Assembly (NCBI GenBank): GCA_964610575.1
Contig: CAZSYX010000002.1
Span: 4,478 to 68,477 of the forward strand
DNA from: an uncultured Burkholderiaceae bacterium
GTDB taxonomy: Bacteria > Pseudomonadota > Gammaproteobacteria > Burkholderiales > Burkholderiaceae_F
Reading direction: 5' to 3'
DNA length: 64,000 nucleotides
Shown: in pieces, positions 1 to 13,096 of the stretch
How positions within the stretch are numbered: position 1 is the stretch's first letter
Layout of the letters: each line of letters starts with the position of its first letter
Position numbers and translations under genes: made by a program
The notes under the pieces: model-generated
Told to the model about the DNA's origin: nothing
Databases searched by the model: none
Seen by the model: only the letters and a program-made list of their open reading frames with translations

Positions 1-1030
1 TGCGGGCGCGCGCGCGCTGGCGATGGAAGTCTCGTCGATCGGGCTGGAGCAGGGCCGTGCCAACGGCATGAGCTTCGACGTCGCGGTGTTCACCAACCTG
101 ACGCGTGACCATCTTGATTACCACGGCACGATGCAGGCCTACGAGGCTGCCAAGGCGCTGCTGTTCGACTGGCCGACGCTGACTGCCGCCGTGCTGAACC
201 TCGAAGACCCGGCGGGGCGCCGGCTGCTGTCGCGACTCGCCGGGCGCGCCCGAGGCGGCGCGCTGCAGATCACCGGTTTCACGACTGCCGCCGGCGAGAT
301 TGACGCAGCCGGCTCCGCGGCCGTCGAAAATCTGCTCAGCGCGCGCGACATCCGCGTCGGCGCCGATGGTCTCGAGTTCACGCTTCAGTGCGGGCGCAGC
401 GAGCGCAGGATGGCCGTGCCGCTGGTCGGCAGTTTCAACGTTTCCAATCTGCTGGCGACGATCGGCGCGGCTCTTGCCTGCGGCACTGATCTTGAGGCGG
501 CCTGTCGCATCGCGCCGATGCTCGTGCCACCGCCGGGTCGCATGCAGCGCGTGCGTGTGCGAAACGGCGACGGGCCCCTGGCGGTCGTCGACTACGCGCA
601 CACGGCCGACGCCATCGAGCAGGCCCTGCTGGCGCTGCGGCCACAGGCGGCGGCGCGTGGCGGCAGGTTGTGGATTGTCTTCGGCGCCGGAGGCGATCGC
701 GATCCCGGCAAGCGCGCGCCGATGGGCGCGGCGGCAGGCCGCTGTGCCGATCGGGTGGTGATCACCTCCGACAACCCGCGCCGCGAGGATCCGTCGCTAA
801 TCGTCGCTGCTATCGCTGCCGGTGTGCCATCGCGGGACTGCGTGGAACTCATCGTCGATCGGGCCGAAGCGATCGCGCATGCGCTTGCCGCTGCTGACGA
901 TCGCGACGTGGTGCTGATCGCCGGCAAGGGCCACGAGGCGACCCAGGACATCGGCGGCGTGAAGCGGCCGTTCTCGGATGTCGAGCAGGTGCGGGCGGCG
1001 CTCAAGGCGCGAGCGAGGGTGACATGCTGA
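1..1030 (+). CDS. murE: UDP-N-acetylmuramoyl-L-alanyl-D-glutamate--2,6-diaminopimelate ligase, C-terminal part (5' end lies outside the window)
   Basis: Frame is open from base 2. Mur-ligase motifs [38 protein letters not shown] and GKGHE. Stop overlaps the murF start by 7 nt. Confidence 0.9.
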   Translation, partial: AGARALAMEVSSIGLEQGRANGMSFDVAVFTNLTRDHLDYHGTMQAYEAAKALLFDWPTLTAAVLNLEDPAGRRLLSRLAGRARGGALQITGFTTAAGEIDAAGSAAVENLLSARDIRVGADGLEFTLQCGRSERRMAVPLVGSFNVSNLLATIGAALACGTDLEAACRIAPMLVPPPGRMQRVRVRNGDGPLAVVDYAHTADAIEQALLALRPQAAARGGRLWIVFGAGGDRDPGKRAPMGAAAGRCADRVVITSDNPRREDPSLIVAAIAAGVPSRDCVELIVDRAEAIAHALAAADDRDVVLIAGKGHEATQDIGGVKRPFSDVEQVRAALKARARVTC

Positions 1031-2388
1031 GCGCAGCCGAACTCGCGGCCAGCATTCCCGGCGCCGTCATCCAGGGCGATGCGAACGCGCGCTTCACGTC
1101 GGTGTGCAGCGACTCGCGGCAGATCCGGCCCGGCTGCCTGTTCGTCGCCCTGCGCGGCGAGCGGTTCGACGGGCATGCCTTCGTCGCCGAGGCAGCGCGC
1201 GGCGGCGCTTCGGTGGCGTTGGTCGAGCAGCCGGTCGATGCCGCGCTCTCGCAGGTGATCGTGCCGAACAGCCGGCGTGCGCTTGGCCTGGCAGCGGCGG
1301 CATGGCGCGCCCGCTTCCGGTTGCCGCTGATCGCGGTCACCGGCAGCAACGGCAAGACGACCGTAACGCAGATGCTGGCGAGCATCCTGGGGCGCGCATT
1401 TGGGCCGGCGCGCCGGCTGGCCACGCGCGGCAATCTGAACAACGACATCGGCCTGCCGCTGATGCTGTTCGACCTTGTTGCCGGCCACAAGGCGGCGGTG
1501 CTCGAACTCGGCATGAACCATCCGGGCGAGATCGCCTATCTGGCTCAACTGGCGCAGCCGACCGTGGCGCTGGTCAACAACGCGCAGCGCGAGCACCAGG
1601 AGTTCCTCGGCAGTGTCGAGGCGACAGCGCGCGAGAATGGGGCCGCGATCGCCGCCCTGCCGCCGGAGGGCGTCGCGGTATTCCCGGCCGACGACCCGTG
1701 CGCGTCGATCTGGCGCAATCTCGCGGGCACGCGACGCGTCATCGATTTCGCGCGCGCCGCCGATGCGACCGTGACGGCGGAATGCACGCTGCAGGCCGAT
1801 GGCTCGGAACTGGAGATCGCCACTCCGGTTGGCCTGATCAGGACTCGCATCGCCGTACCGGGCGAGCACAACGTGCACAACGCGCTGGCGGCGAGCGCCG
1901 CCGCGCTGGCCATCGACGTGCCGCCGAGCGCCATTGCCACCGGGCTGGCGATGTTCACCGCGGTCGGCGGGCGCGGGGTCCGGTCGCGCACGGCGGGCGG
2001 CGCCGAACTGATCGACGACACCTACAACGCCAACCCGGACTCGGTGCGCGCGGCGATCGACCTGCTCGCCGCCGCCGCGCGGCCGCGAGTCCTGATCCTC
2101 GGCGACATGGGCGAGGTCGGCAGTCGCAGCGCGGAGTATCACCGCGAGGTCGGCGCCTACGCGAAGAGCCGCGGCATCGATGTGCTGCTGGGCACGGGGG
2201 CGGCGATGCGCGATGCCTGTGCTGCCTTCGGCGCCGGTGCCGAGCACTTCGCCGACATCGAGGCCCTGCGCGAACGCGCGCAGGGCCTCGCGAAGCCAGG
2301 CACAACGATCCTCGTCAAAGGGTCGCGCTTCATGCGCATGGAGCGCGCGGTGGCGGCGCTCGGCGCGGTGATGGTTGGGGCGCACTGA
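1024..2388 (+). CDS. murF: UDP-N-acetylmuramoyl-tripeptide--D-alanyl-D-alanine ligase
   Basis: GSNGKTT P-loop and [10 protein letters not shown] motif. Sits between murE and mraY. Confidence 0.92.
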   Translation: MLSAAELAASIPGAVIQGDANARFTSVCSDSRQIRPGCLFVALRGERFDGHAFVAEAARGGASVALVEQPVDAALSQVIVPNSRRALGLAAAAWRARFRLPLIAVTGSNGKTTVTQMLASILGRAFGPARRLATRGNLNNDIGLPLMLFDLVAGHKAAVLELGMNHPGEIAYLAQLAQPTVALVNNAQREHQEFLGSVEATARENGAAIAALPPEGVAVFPADDPCASIWRNLAGTRRVIDFARAADATVTAECTLQADGSELEIATPVGLIRTRIAVPGEHNVHNALAASAAALAIDVPPSAIATGLAMFTAVGGRGVRSRTAGGAELIDDTYNANPDSVRAAIDLLAAAARPRVLILGDMGEVGSRSAEYHREVGAYAKSRGIDVLLGTGAAMRDACAAFGAGAEHFADIEALRERAQGLAKPGTTILVKGSRFMRMERAVAALGAVMVGAH

Positions 2389-3542
2389 TGCTGCTCGAAC
2401 TGTTCGAATGGCTGGCGCGCGACATCCGCGCATTCAACGTGTTCTCCTACCTGACGCTGCGCGCCGTGCTGGCGGCCGGCACGGCGCTCGTCATCGGCCT
2501 CGTTGCCGGGCCTTGGGTGATCCGCAAGCTCACCGAAATGAAGATCGGCCAGGCCATTCGCACCGAAGGGCCGCAGTCGCATCTGTCGAAGTCGGGCACG
2601 CCGACGATGGGCGGGGCGCTGATCCTGATCTCGATCGGCGTGACCACGCTGCTTTGGGCCGATCTCGCCAACCGTTTCATCTGGGTCGTGCTGCTGGTCA
2701 CGCTCGGCTTCGGCTGGGTCGGCTGGGTCGACGACTACCGCAAGGTCGTGCGCCGCAATCCCAAGGGCATGAGCGCGCGCGAGAAGTACTTCTGGCAGTC
2801 GCTGATCGGGCTGGTTGCCGCCTTTTACCTCGCCTTCGCGATCGCCGCGCCGAACACCGAGAAGCTGCTGCCGCTGATGTGGCAATGGGTGGCGAGCGGT
2901 TTCGAGCTCGACCTGCCAAGCCGGTCGGACCTGATCGTGCCCTTCTTCAAGAACTACGCGTACCCGATGGGCGTGTTCGGCTTCGTGATCCTGTCCTACC
3001 TGGTGATCGTCGGCACCAGCAATGCGGTCAACCTGACCGACGGGCTCGACGGCCTGGCGATCCTGCCGGCGTCGATGATCGGCGCGGCGCTCGGCATCTT
3101 TGCCTACGTCATCGGCCGCGCCGACTTCTCGCGCTATCTGTTCTTTCCGTTCATTCCCGGTGCCGGCGAACTGGTGATCATCTGCGCGGCGATTGCCGGC
3201 AGCGGGCTGGCGTTCCTCTGGTTCAACGCCTATCCGGCGCAGGTCTTCATGGGCGACGTCGGCGCGCTGGCGCTCGGCGGCGCGCTCGGCACGATCGCCG
3301 TAATCACGCGGCAGGAGATCGTGCTGTTCATCATGGGAGGCGTGTTCGTCGCCGAGACGGTCTCGGTGATGCTGCAGGTCGGCTACTTCAAGCTCACCGG
3401 CGGCAAGCGCATCTTCCGCATGGCGCCGCTGCACCATCACTTCGAGCTTTCCGGCTGGAAGGAGAACCAGGTGGTGGTCCGCTTCTGGATCATCACCATC
3501 ATGCTGGTGCTGGTCGGCCTGTCGACGCTGAAGATCCGATGA
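2388..3542 (+). CDS. mraY: phospho-N-acetylmuramoyl-pentapeptide transferase
   Basis: ATG at 2388 shares its A with the murF TGA. Polytopic membrane protein with [24 protein letters not shown] and APLHHHFE. It is the 3' part of track ORF 1104..3542. Confidence 0.93.
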   Translation: MLLELFEWLARDIRAFNVFSYLTLRAVLAAGTALVIGLVAGPWVIRKLTEMKIGQAIRTEGPQSHLSKSGTPTMGGALILISIGVTTLLWADLANRFIWVVLLVTLGFGWVGWVDDYRKVVRRNPKGMSAREKYFWQSLIGLVAAFYLAFAIAAPNTEKLLPLMWQWVASGFELDLPSRSDLIVPFFKNYAYPMGVFGFVILSYLVIVGTSNAVNLTDGLDGLAILPASMIGAALGIFAYVIGRADFSRYLFFPFIPGAGELVIICAAIAGSGLAFLWFNAYPAQVFMGDVGALALGGALGTIAVITRQEIVLFIMGGVFVAETVSVMLQVGYFKLTGGKRIFRMAPLHHHFELSGWKENQVVVRFWIITIMLVLVGLSTLKIR

Positions 3543-5041
3543 TCGACGTTGCCGGCCAGACTGCGGTGGTGCTGGGCCTCGGCCAGTCGGGGCTGGCGAT
3601 GGCGCGCGCGCTTGTCGAAGGCGGCGCGACGGTCCGCGTTGCCGACACGCGCGCCGAGCCGCCGATGCTTGCCGTGCTGCGCGCCGGACTGCCGCAGGTG
3701 TCATTCAGTGGCGGTCACTTCGAAAGCGCCTTGCTGAATGGCGCCACGCTGCTGGCGTTGTCTCCGGGGCTGTCGCCGACGCACTCGGCGGCGGCGCCGC
3801 TGGTCACTGCGGCGAAGAAAGCCGGCATTGACATGGTCGGCGAGATCGAACTGTTCGCCCGCGCGTTGGCTGCCTTGAAGGCGAGCCGCGACTATGCGCC
3901 GCGCGTGGTTGGTGTCACCGGCACCAATGGCAAGACGACCACGGCGCGGCTGGCGGGCCTGCTGATCGAGCGTTCGGGACGTTCCGTCGCCGTGGCCGGC
4001 AACATCTCGCCGACTGCGCTGGACACGCTGCGCGAGTGCCTGCGCGAGAACCGTCTGCCCGACACCTGGGTGCTGGAACTGTCGAGCTTCCAGCTGGCGA
4101 CGACGCGCTCGCTCGTCTGCGATGCGGCCACGGTGCTGAACATAACGCAGGACCACCTCGACTGGCACGGCAGCTTCGACGCCTATGTCAAGGCGAAGGC
4201 CCGCATCTTCTCGCCTCGCACGGTGCAGGTGCTCAACCGCGACGACTCGGTCGTTGCCGCGATGGCGAGGAAGTCGTCGCGGGTGGTGACGTTCCGCCTG
4301 CAGTCGCCGACGCAGGCCGACGAGTACGGCCTGCTCACTGACGGCGGCATCACGTGGCTCGCCTACGCGGAAGACCTGGCGCATGGCCACCGCCGTCGCC
4401 GGCCCGAAGCCGAGCAGGACGTGGCGGCCGAGCAGCTCTTCGTGCACCGGCTGATGCCGGCCGACGCGCTTGCCATCCGCGGCCGGCACAACGCCGGCAA
4501 CGCGCTCGCGGCGCTGGCCCTGGCACGGGCGATCGGCTGCCCGCTGGCGCCGATGCTGCACGCGCTGCGCGCCTACCGCGGCGAACCCCACCGGGTGCAG
4601 CTGATCGCCACTGTCGGCGGCGTCCAGTACTACGACGACAGCAAGGGGACCAACGTCGGCGCCACGGTAGCCGCGCTCGACGGCCTGGCTGCCGACGGCC
4701 TGCGGCTGGTGGTCATCCTCGGCGGCGACGGCAAGGGCCAGGACTTCACGCCGCTGGCCGCACCGCTGGCGCGCGCTGCCCGCGCGGTCGTGCTGATCGG
4801 CCGCGATGCCGCTCTGGTCGAAAAGGCAATCGGTGCAGGCGGCGCGCCGTATCCGATCCTTCACGCGCAGTCGCTGCCGCAGGCGGTCGACCTCGCTGCC
4901 GGCGAGGCGCGCGAAGGTGATGCAGTGCTGCTGTCGCCGGCGTGCGCCAGCCTCGACATGTTTCGCGACTACGTGCACCGTGCCGAGGTCTTTGCCGAGG
5001 CAGTGCGCGAGCGGGCGCCGCTGGAAGGCCAGCCATGCTAG
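3539..5041 (+). CDS. murD: UDP-N-acetylmuramoylalanine--D-glutamate ligase
   Basis: ATG at 3539 overlaps the mraY stop (ATGA). Motifs [17 protein letters not shown] and [11 protein letters not shown]. It is the 3' part of track ORF 2375..5041. Confidence 0.9.
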   Translation: MIDVAGQTAVVLGLGQSGLAMARALVEGGATVRVADTRAEPPMLAVLRAGLPQVSFSGGHFESALLNGATLLALSPGLSPTHSAAAPLVTAAKKAGIDMVGEIELFARALAALKASRDYAPRVVGVTGTNGKTTTARLAGLLIERSGRSVAVAGNISPTALDTLRECLRENRLPDTWVLELSSFQLATTRSLVCDAATVLNITQDHLDWHGSFDAYVKAKARIFSPRTVQVLNRDDSVVAAMARKSSRVVTFRLQSPTQADEYGLLTDGGITWLAYAEDLAHGHRRRRPEAEQDVAAEQLFVHRLMPADALAIRGRHNAGNALAALALARAIGCPLAPMLHALRAYRGEPHRVQLIATVGGVQYYDDSKGTNVGATVAALDGLAADGLRLVVILGGDGKGQDFTPLAAPLARAARAVVLIGRDAALVEKAIGAGGAPYPILHAQSLPQAVDLAAGEAREGDAVLLSPACASLDMFRDYVHRAEVFAEAVRERAPLEGQPC

Positions 5042-6294
5042 GGCGGCTGTGGCCCCGAATCGCAGCCGGCGGTGGGGCCGACGCTGGTCGCCTGCCGATG
5101 CGCACGGGTGGCGGACTGCTGGCCCTCGGAGACAGCGGATCGACGCGCGCCGTTGGTCGCGGCGAAGAACGCATCGACACGCCGCTGCTGCTGGTTGCTG
5201 CCGCGCTCGTGCTGCTCGGCGTGGTGATGGTCTATTCGGCGTCGATCACGCTGGCCGACTCGCCTCGCTACAAGGTCACGCCGACGCACTTTCTGGTGCG
5301 GCACCTGTTCGCGATCGCCGTGGCGATGGTGGCCGCCGTCGCTGCGTTCGCGGTGCCGATAGCCCGCTGGCAGCGGCTGGCGCCGGTGGCCTTCGGCGTG
5401 GCGTTCGTCCTGCTGCTGGCCGTGCTGATTCCGGGGGTAGGCACCGGCGCGCTCGGCGCGCGGCGCTGGATTCCGCTTGCCGTGTTCAACCTGCAGCCAT
5501 CGGAACTGATGAAGGTTGCCTGCGTGCTGTACGCGGCGAGCTTTACGGTGCGCAAGCAGGATTACATGCACAGCCTGAAGCGGGGTTTCCTGCCGATCGG
5601 GCTGGTGATGCTCGTCGTCGGCGGGCTGCTGCAGCTGCAGCCCGACCTCGGTGCGTTCATCGTCATCGTGGCGATCGCGATGGGCATCCTGTTCCTCGGC
5701 GGGCTGAACGGCCGGCTGTTCGTCGCCATCACCGTGCTGCTGGCCGTCGGGCTCGCCGCCATCGTCTGGCTGTTCCCGTACCGGCGCGAGCGGATCTTCG
5801 CCTACCTCGACCCGTGGGCGGCGGAGCACGTGCTGAACAAGGGCTACCAGCTGACCCACTCGCTGATCGCGTTCGGTCGCGGCGAATGGGTCGGCGTCGG
5901 ACTCGGCGGCAGCGTCGAGAAGCTGCATTACCTGACCGAGGCGCACACCGACTTCATCCTGGCCGTGATGGCCGAGGAACTCGGGCTGGTGGCGGTGGTG
6001 ACGGTGATCTTCGCCTTCTACTGGCTGACCAAGCGCGCCTTCGAAATCGGACGCCAGGCGGTGGCGCTCGAGCGCACCTTTGCTGGCCTGGTGGCGCAGG
6101 GCATCGGCATCTGGCTCGGCGTGCAGTCGTTTATCAACATCGGCGTGGCCAGCGGACTGCTGCCGACCAAGGGCCTGACGCTGCCGCTGGTGAGCTACGG
6201 CGGCTCGGCGATGCTGGCGAACGTCGTCGCGATCGGCCTGCTGCTGCGGGTGGACTATGAGAACAGAGTCCTCATGCGAGGGGGGCGCGCATGA
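5035..6294 (+). CDS. ftsW: SEDS-family peptidoglycan glycosyltransferase FtsW
   Basis: ATG at 5035 overlaps the murD stop. Multi-TM protein with EAHTDFI and [18 protein letters not shown] motifs. The start could instead be upstream at 4942. Confidence 0.88.
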   Translation: MLGRLWPRIAAGGGADAGRLPMRTGGGLLALGDSGSTRAVGRGEERIDTPLLLVAAALVLLGVVMVYSASITLADSPRYKVTPTHFLVRHLFAIAVAMVAAVAAFAVPIARWQRLAPVAFGVAFVLLLAVLIPGVGTGALGARRWIPLAVFNLQPSELMKVACVLYAASFTVRKQDYMHSLKRGFLPIGLVMLVVGGLLQLQPDLGAFIVIVAIAMGILFLGGLNGRLFVAITVLLAVGLAAIVWLFPYRRERIFAYLDPWAAEHVLNKGYQLTHSLIAFGRGEWVGVGLGGSVEKLHYLTEAHTDFILAVMAEELGLVAVVTVIFAFYWLTKRAFEIGRQAVALERTFAGLVAQGIGIWLGVQSFINIGVASGLLPTKGLTLPLVSYGGSAMLANVVAIGLLLRVDYENRVLMRGGRA

Positions 6295-7372
6295 GTCATC
6301 TGGTCGTCGTCGCGGCGGGCACCGGCGGGCACGTGATGCCGGGCCTGGCAGTGGCCGAGGCGCTGCGCAGCCGCGGCTGGACCGTCTCCTGGCTCGGTAC
6401 ACGCTCCGGCATGGAGCGGTCGCTGGTCGAGCCGCGTGGCATCGCGTTTGACGCGATCGACTTCTCCAGCCTGCGCGGCAAGGGCATCGGCACGTTGCTG
6501 CTCGGCGGCTTTCGCCTGCTTCGGGCGATGTGGCAGAGCCGCACCGCGATCCGCAGTCGTCGTCCAGCCGTCGTCTTTTCCACCGGCGGCTACGTTGCCG
6601 TGCCGGCCGGGCTTGCCGCCTCGATGGAGAGCGTGCCGCTGGCGCTGCTCAACGCCGACGCGGCGCCGCTGCTGTCGACCAAGTTGCTTCGTTCGCTGGC
6701 CTCGGCCGTGTTCTGCGGCTTCGACGGCGCTGCGGCCAAGGTCGCCGGCGAGCGCGGTCTGGTGACCGGCAATCCGGTGCGCGCCGAGATCGCGATGCTG
6801 CCGTCGCCATCACAGCGCTTCGCTGGGCGCGCAGGGCCGCTGAAGCTGCTGGTGATCGGCGGCAGCCTGGGCAGCCAGGTGCTGAACGAGACCGTGCCGG
6901 CAGCACTCGCGCTACTGCCCGCACAAGACCGGCCGCTGGTCGTGCACCAGTGCGGCGCCGCCCATGCACAGGCCACGCGCGCAGCCTATGTGCGCGCCGG
7001 CGTAGCTGCCGAAGTGCTGACCTTCATCGACGCCATGGCGCGCCGCTACGGTGAGGCCGATGTGGTGATCTGCCGGGCCGGCGCAGTCACGGTGACGGAG
7101 CTCGCCGCCGCTGGTGTGGCATCGCTGCTGGTGCCGCTGGTGGTCTCCACCACCTCCCATCAGCGCAGCAATGCGGAGTTCATGGCGGCGCAGGGTGCGT
7201 CGGTCCATCTGCCGCAGGCGGAACTGTCGGTCGAGCGATTGGCTGATGTCCTCCGCGACCTGACCCGCGAGCACCTGCTGGAGATGGCGAACAAGGCTCG
7301 CACGCTCGGTCGCCCCGAGGCGACACGAGTGGTCGCCGACGCGATCGAGCACATCGCGCGCGAGGCCGGGCG

Positions 7373-7376
<4 letters not shown>
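6291..7376 (+). CDS. murG: undecaprenyldiphospho-muramoylpentapeptide beta-N-acetylglucosaminyltransferase
   Basis: [16 protein letters not shown]-terminus and a [13 protein letters not shown]-terminal motif. dcw cluster position. Confidence 0.92.
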
Positions 7377-8760
<1,384 letters not shown>

Positions 8761-8764
<4 letters not shown>

Positions 8765-9732
8765 GCGGCATCGCTGCGCACGATCCGAAGTCCTTCGGCA
8801 AGGTCGGCGTGCTGTTCGGCGGCCGCAGCGCCGAGCGCGAGGTGTCGATCATGTCCGGCACCGGCGTGTTGCAAGCACTGCGCGCCCGCGGCGTCGACGC
8901 ACATTCTTTCGACCCGGGCGTGCAGACGCTGGCCGAACTGGAGGCAGCGAAGTTCGACCGGGTCTTCATTGCGCTGCATGGCCGCTTCGGCGAGGACGGC
9001 ACGATCCAAGGCGTTTTGGAAACACTGCGCGTGCCGTACACAGGAAGCGGCGTGCAGGCCTCCAGCATCGCCATCGACAAGCTGACCACCAAGCGTCTGT
9101 GGGCCGCCGAGGACATCCCGACCCCGGCCTGGCGCGAGCTGCACGCGCACACCAATTTCCGCCAGCTCGTTGCCGAACTCGGGGACGCGCTGATCGTCAA
9201 GCCGGTGCGGGAAGGATCGACCATCGGCATCACCAAGGTCACGACGCACGACTGCAACGAACTCGCAGCCGCGTTCGAGACGGCGCTTCGCTACGACGAC
9301 GTCGTCATTGCCGAGGAACTCATCTCCGGGCGGGAACTGACGTGCGCGATCCTCGGCGCAGGCGCCACGGCCCGGGCGCTGCCGCTGGTGGAGATCAGGG
9401 CTCCCGGTGCCAACTACGACTATCAGAGCAAGTACTTCAGCGACGAGACGCAATACCTTTGTCCGGCGCCGATCGATGCACGGCTGGCGCAGGACATCCA
9501 GGCGGTGTGCCTGCGTGCCTACAACCTGCTCGGCGCGCGCGGCTGGGGCCGGATCGACGTGATGCTGCATCAGGAGTCACGGGGCGATCAGCCGTTCCTG
9601 CTGGAGCTGAACACCTCGCCGGGCATGACCTCGCACTCGCTGGTGCCGATGGCGGCGAAGGCGGAAGGCATCGACTACGCGGACCTGGTGCTCGAGATCC
9701 TTTCGCACGCCGCGCTGGGAGTACGAGTATGA
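8761..9732 (+). CDS. ddl: D-alanine--D-alanine ligase
   Basis: [24 protein letters not shown] and [10 protein letters not shown] motifs. Confidence 0.92.
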
Positions 9733-10496
9733 GTTCGCGCGAGCCCGCACCGCTGCTCAGCACACGCGCCATGCAGCGCGCCGCGCTGCTGATGTTCGCG
9801 GTATCGATCGCATCGCTGCTCGCCGGTGCCGCAGGCTGGTTCTTCAAGCGGCCGTGGTTCGACCTGCGCCACGTCGAACTGCGTGCAGCCGACGCGGAGG
9901 GACTGCGGCACGTCAACGCCAATGCCGTTCGCGCCGCAGCGGTGGGACGCCTGACCGGCAACTTCTTCACCATGCGCCTTGAAGACGCGCGCCGGGTGTT
10001 CGAATCGGTGCCGTGGGTCGCCGCCGTGTCGCTGCGCCGCGCGTGGCCCGACCGCCTGGTGGTGACGCTGACCGAGCATCGTGCAATCGCGGTCTGGGAG
10101 GACGGGCGCCTGCTTGCCGACAGTGGCCAGCTCTTCGTCGCCAACGTGGCCGAGGCCGAGGTGTACGGGCCGTTGCCGCAGGTCGATGCGCCGCCGCGCT
10201 TCGGCGTCGAAGTGGCGCGCCGTCTGCCGCAGCTTGCGGCGCACGCGGCCTCGCTGGGTCTGACCGTCGACGCGATCGAAGTCTCGGATCGCGCCAGCTG
10301 GACCCTGCGCACGGACAGCGGGTTGGCGATCGAGGTCGGCCGCGACGACCCGCCAGGCCGCCTCGACGAGCGTCTGGCCCTGATCGTCGGTCATTACCCA
10401 GCGGTGGTGGCGCAGGTGGGCGCCGAACTGCTCCGAATCGACGCGCGCTACCCGCAGGGTTTCGCCGTCGCCGCTGCTGCCCGCAAGAAACCATGA
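9729..10496 (+). CDS. ftsQ: cell division protein FtsQ
   Basis: ATG at 9729 overlaps the ddl stop. Single N-terminal TM helix followed by a POTRA-like region (VPWVAAVSLRRAWPDRLVVTLTEH). Position is between ddl and ftsA. Confidence 0.85.
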   Translation: MSSREPAPLLSTRAMQRAALLMFAVSIASLLAGAAGWFFKRPWFDLRHVELRAADAEGLRHVNANAVRAAAVGRLTGNFFTMRLEDARRVFESVPWVAAVSLRRAWPDRLVVTLTEHRAIAVWEDGRLLADSGQLFVANVAEAEVYGPLPQVDAPPRFGVEVARRLPQLAAHAASLGLTVDAIEVSDRASWTLRTDSGLAIEVGRDDPPGRLDERLALIVGHYPAVVAQVGAELLRIDARYPQGFAVAAAARKKP

Positions 10497-11725
10497 GAAC
10501 CGAAACAAAGGACATCATCGTCGGTCTCGACGTCGGCACGTCCAAGGTGGTCATCGCCGTGGCCGAGTTCAATCCGGACGGCCCGTTCAAGGTCATCGGG
10601 CTCGGCCAGTCGGCCTCCGAGGGGCTGCGGCGCGGCGTGGTGGTCAACATCGAGGCCACGGTGCAGTCGATCCGCCGTGCCCTGGAGGAAGCCGAGCTGA
10701 TGGCCGGCTGCAGCATCGGCGAGGTCTATACGGGCATTGCCGGCAGCCACATCCGCAGTGTCAATTCCAGCGGCATGGTGCCGATCAAGGATCGTGAAGT
10801 CTCCGCCGCCGACGTCGCGCGAGTGATCGAGACCGCCCGCGCTGTGAACATCCCGACCGACCAGCAGGTGCTGCACGTGCTGACGCAGGAGTTCATCGTC
10901 GACGGCCAGGAAGACATCCGCGAGCCGATTGGCATGAGCGGCGTGCGCCTCGAGGTGAAGGTGCACATCGTCACCGGCGCGGTGTCGGCGGCGCAGAACA
11001 TCGTCAAGTGCGTGCGCCGCTGCGGGCTGGAGGTGCAGGACCTGGTGCTGCAACCCCTCGCTTCGAGCATGTCCGTGCTGACCGGCGACGAGAAGGAACT
11101 CGGCGTGGCGCTGGTCGACGTCGGTGGGGGTACCACCGACATCGCCATATTCACCGGCGGCGCCATCCGGCATACCGCGGTGATCCCGATCGCCGGCGAC
11201 CAGATCACGAACGACATCGCCATGGCGCTGCGCACGCCGATCCCGGATGCGGAGCAGATCAAGCAGCGCTACGGCGTGGCCAAGGAGGTGCTTGCCGACC
11301 CGAACGACCGAATCGAGATCCCCGGCGTCGGCGACCGTGCGCCGCGGCTGCTGTCTCGCCAGTCGCTGGCGGCCGTCATCGAGCCGCGCGTCGAGGAACT
11401 CTTCACGCTGGCGCACAAGGTGATCCGCGACTCCGGCTACGAGGAGATGCTGTCGTCGGGGATCGTGCTGACCGGCGGCACGGCGCTGCTGCCCGGCATC
11501 GGCGAACTGGCCGAGGACGTGTTCCTCAAGCCGGCCCGTGTCGGCTGGCCCGGGTATCAGGGGCCGCTCGCCGACGTGATCCGCAATCCTCGATTCGCCA
11601 CGGTGGTTGGCCTGCTGATCGAGGCGCAGTCGCAGCGCCAGCGCGGCCGCCGCGCCGCGGCGCAGACGGGTTCGTTCGGGCAGACGCTCAAGCGTATGCG
11701 CGAGTGGATCGTGGGCAATTTCTAG
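10493..11725 (+). CDS. ftsA: cell division protein FtsA
   Basis: ATG at 10493 overlaps the ftsQ stop. Actin-fold motifs IVGLDVGTSKV and VDVGGGTTDIAIF. Confidence 0.93.
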   Translation: MRTETKDIIVGLDVGTSKVVIAVAEFNPDGPFKVIGLGQSASEGLRRGVVVNIEATVQSIRRALEEAELMAGCSIGEVYTGIAGSHIRSVNSSGMVPIKDREVSAADVARVIETARAVNIPTDQQVLHVLTQEFIVDGQEDIREPIGMSGVRLEVKVHIVTGAVSAAQNIVKCVRRCGLEVQDLVLQPLASSMSVLTGDEKELGVALVDVGGGTTDIAIFTGGAIRHTAVIPIAGDQITNDIAMALRTPIPDAEQIKQRYGVAKEVLADPNDRIEIPGVGDRAPRLLSRQSLAAVIEPRVEELFTLAHKVIRDSGYEEMLSSGIVLTGGTALLPGIGELAEDVFLKPARVGWPGYQGPLADVIRNPRFATVVGLLIEAQSQRQRGRRAAAQTGSFGQTLKRMREWIVGNF

Positions 11726-11824
11726 TTAAGCGTGCAGGGCAAGCGCAGCGAGGAAGTCGAGCGGTGTTGATTGAGTTCTTTCCCCGTGAGGTGGGAAACG
11801 AGAAGGGTGAATGGTCCGGCCGAC

Positions 11825-11852
11825 ATTTCACGTTTCACGTTTCACATTTCAC
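11825..11852 (+). repeat. four tandem 7-bp units ATTTCAC GTTTCAC GTTTCAC ATTTCAC in the ftsA-ftsZ spacer
   Basis: Read directly. The array lies inside an inverted repeat (11800-11811 pairs with 11848-11859). It ends 12 nt before the AGGAGG at 11864-11869. Confidence 0.9.
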
Positions 11853-11874
11853 CCTTTTCCCATAGGAGGCAGGC

Positions 11875-13056
11875 ATGGCTTTTGAAATTCTCGAGACGGA
11901 GACCCGCGGTACGGTGATCAAGGTGGTTGGCGTCGGCGGCGCCGGCGGCAATGCGGTCCAGCACATGATCGGCCGCGGCGTTCAGGGCGTGGAGTTCATC
12001 TGCGCCAACACCGACCACCAGGCGCTCGCCCGTTCGGCGGCGCGGAACATCCTGCAGCTGGGGGCGACCGGCCTGGGCGCCGGCAGCAAGCCCGAGGCCG
12101 GCAAGCAGGCGGCGATCGAGGCGCGCGACCGGATAGCGGATGCGCTGCGCGGCGCGCACATGGTGTTCATCACGGCGGGCATGGGCGGCGGCACCGGCAC
12201 GGGTGCGGCCCCGGTGGTGGCCGAAATCGCCAAGGAACTCGGCATCCTGACGGTGGCCGTGGTGTCGAAGCCGTTCGACTTCGAGGGCCCGAAGCGCGCC
12301 AAGATCGCCGACGCCGGACTGGCCGAGTTGGAGGAGCGCGTTCACTCGCTGATCGTCATTCTCAACAACAAGCTCGAGGAGGTGCTCGGCGAGGACGCCG
12401 AGATGTCCGAGTGCTTCCGTGCTGCCGACGACGTGCTGCACAACGCCTGTGCCGGCATCGCCGAGATCATCAACATCCCGGGTCTGGTCAACGTCGACTT
12501 CGAGGACGTCAAGACGGTGATGGGCGAGCACGGCAAGGCGATGATGGGCACCGCCACCGCCAGCGGGCTCGACCGCGCGCGCATCGCCGCCGAGCAGGCA
12601 GTGGCCAGCCCGCTGCTCGAAGGCGTCGATCTTTCGGGCGCGCGCGGCGTGCTCGTCAACATCACGGCCAGCCAGTCGCTGAAGATGAAGGAGACGCGCG
12701 AAGTGATGAACACGATCCGCGCCTTCGCTGCCGAGGATGCGACCGTGATCTTCGGCACCGTCTGCGACGAGTCGATGGGCGACGATCTGCGCGTGACCGT
12801 CGTTGCCACCGGCCTTGGCCGTTCTGCCGCCAGGAAGCAGACGACACCGTTCACCGTCATCAAGACCGGTACCGACAACGTCCCGCTGAACGTGGCGCAG
12901 TCGGCAGCGACGCATGCAACAGGCGACTACAGCCATTTCGACCAGCCCGCCGTATGGCGCTCGCGGGAATCGGCCGCGGCGCGCGTGGCCGCGATGGAAG
13001 ATGCCGGCCATGACCGCTTGGATATCCCGGCGTTTCTGCGCAAGCAGGCGGATTAG
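11875..13056 (+). CDS. ftsZ: cell division GTPase FtsZ
   Basis: GVGGAGGNAV and the tubulin signature GMGGGTGTGAAP. AGGAGG lies 5 nt upstream of the ATG. Confidence 0.96.
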   Translation: MAFEILETETRGTVIKVVGVGGAGGNAVQHMIGRGVQGVEFICANTDHQALARSAARNILQLGATGLGAGSKPEAGKQAAIEARDRIADALRGAHMVFITAGMGGGTGTGAAPVVAEIAKELGILTVAVVSKPFDFEGPKRAKIADAGLAELEERVHSLIVILNNKLEEVLGEDAEMSECFRAADDVLHNACAGIAEIINIPGLVNVDFEDVKTVMGEHGKAMMGTATASGLDRARIAAEQAVASPLLEGVDLSGARGVLVNITASQSLKMKETREVMNTIRAFAAEDATVIFGTVCDESMGDDLRVTVVATGLGRSAARKQTTPFTVIKTGTDNVPLNVAQSAATHATGDYSHFDQPAVWRSRESAAARVAAMEDAGHDRLDIPAFLRKQAD

Positions 13057-13066
13057 GTCGTCATCG

Positions 13067-13096
13067 GTGATCGGCCGGGTCCGACCGGCCGATCAC
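13067..13096. terminator. 12-bp perfect hairpin between convergent ftsZ and the DUF2189-like gene
   Basis: GTGATCGGCCGG (13067-13078), loop GTCCGA, CCGGCCGATCAC (13085-13096). No U-tract, and it overlaps the stop of the minus-strand gene. Confidence 0.35.

Noticed and set aside
592-2433. 613-aa ORF antisense to murE/murF, and similar long antisense or out-of-frame ORFs throughout (e.g. 2157-3704, 5038-6402, 7160-8680, 32550-33920, 46554-47939, 61961-63337)
   Set aside because: They are Arg/Ala/Gly/Pro-rich translations typical of stop-poor alternative frames in GC-rich DNA. Each fully overlaps a gene with unmistakable family motifs. None has a recognisable domain or SD.
1104-3542. 812-aa ORF that seems to fuse a large N-terminal extension to MraY (similarly 2375-5041 for MurD, 8706-10496 for FtsQ, 10013-11725 for FtsA, 43624-46734 for NrdA)
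   Set aside because: The 5' parts are out-of-frame read-through of the preceding gene. The true starts are the internal ATGs that overlap or abut the upstream stop codons.
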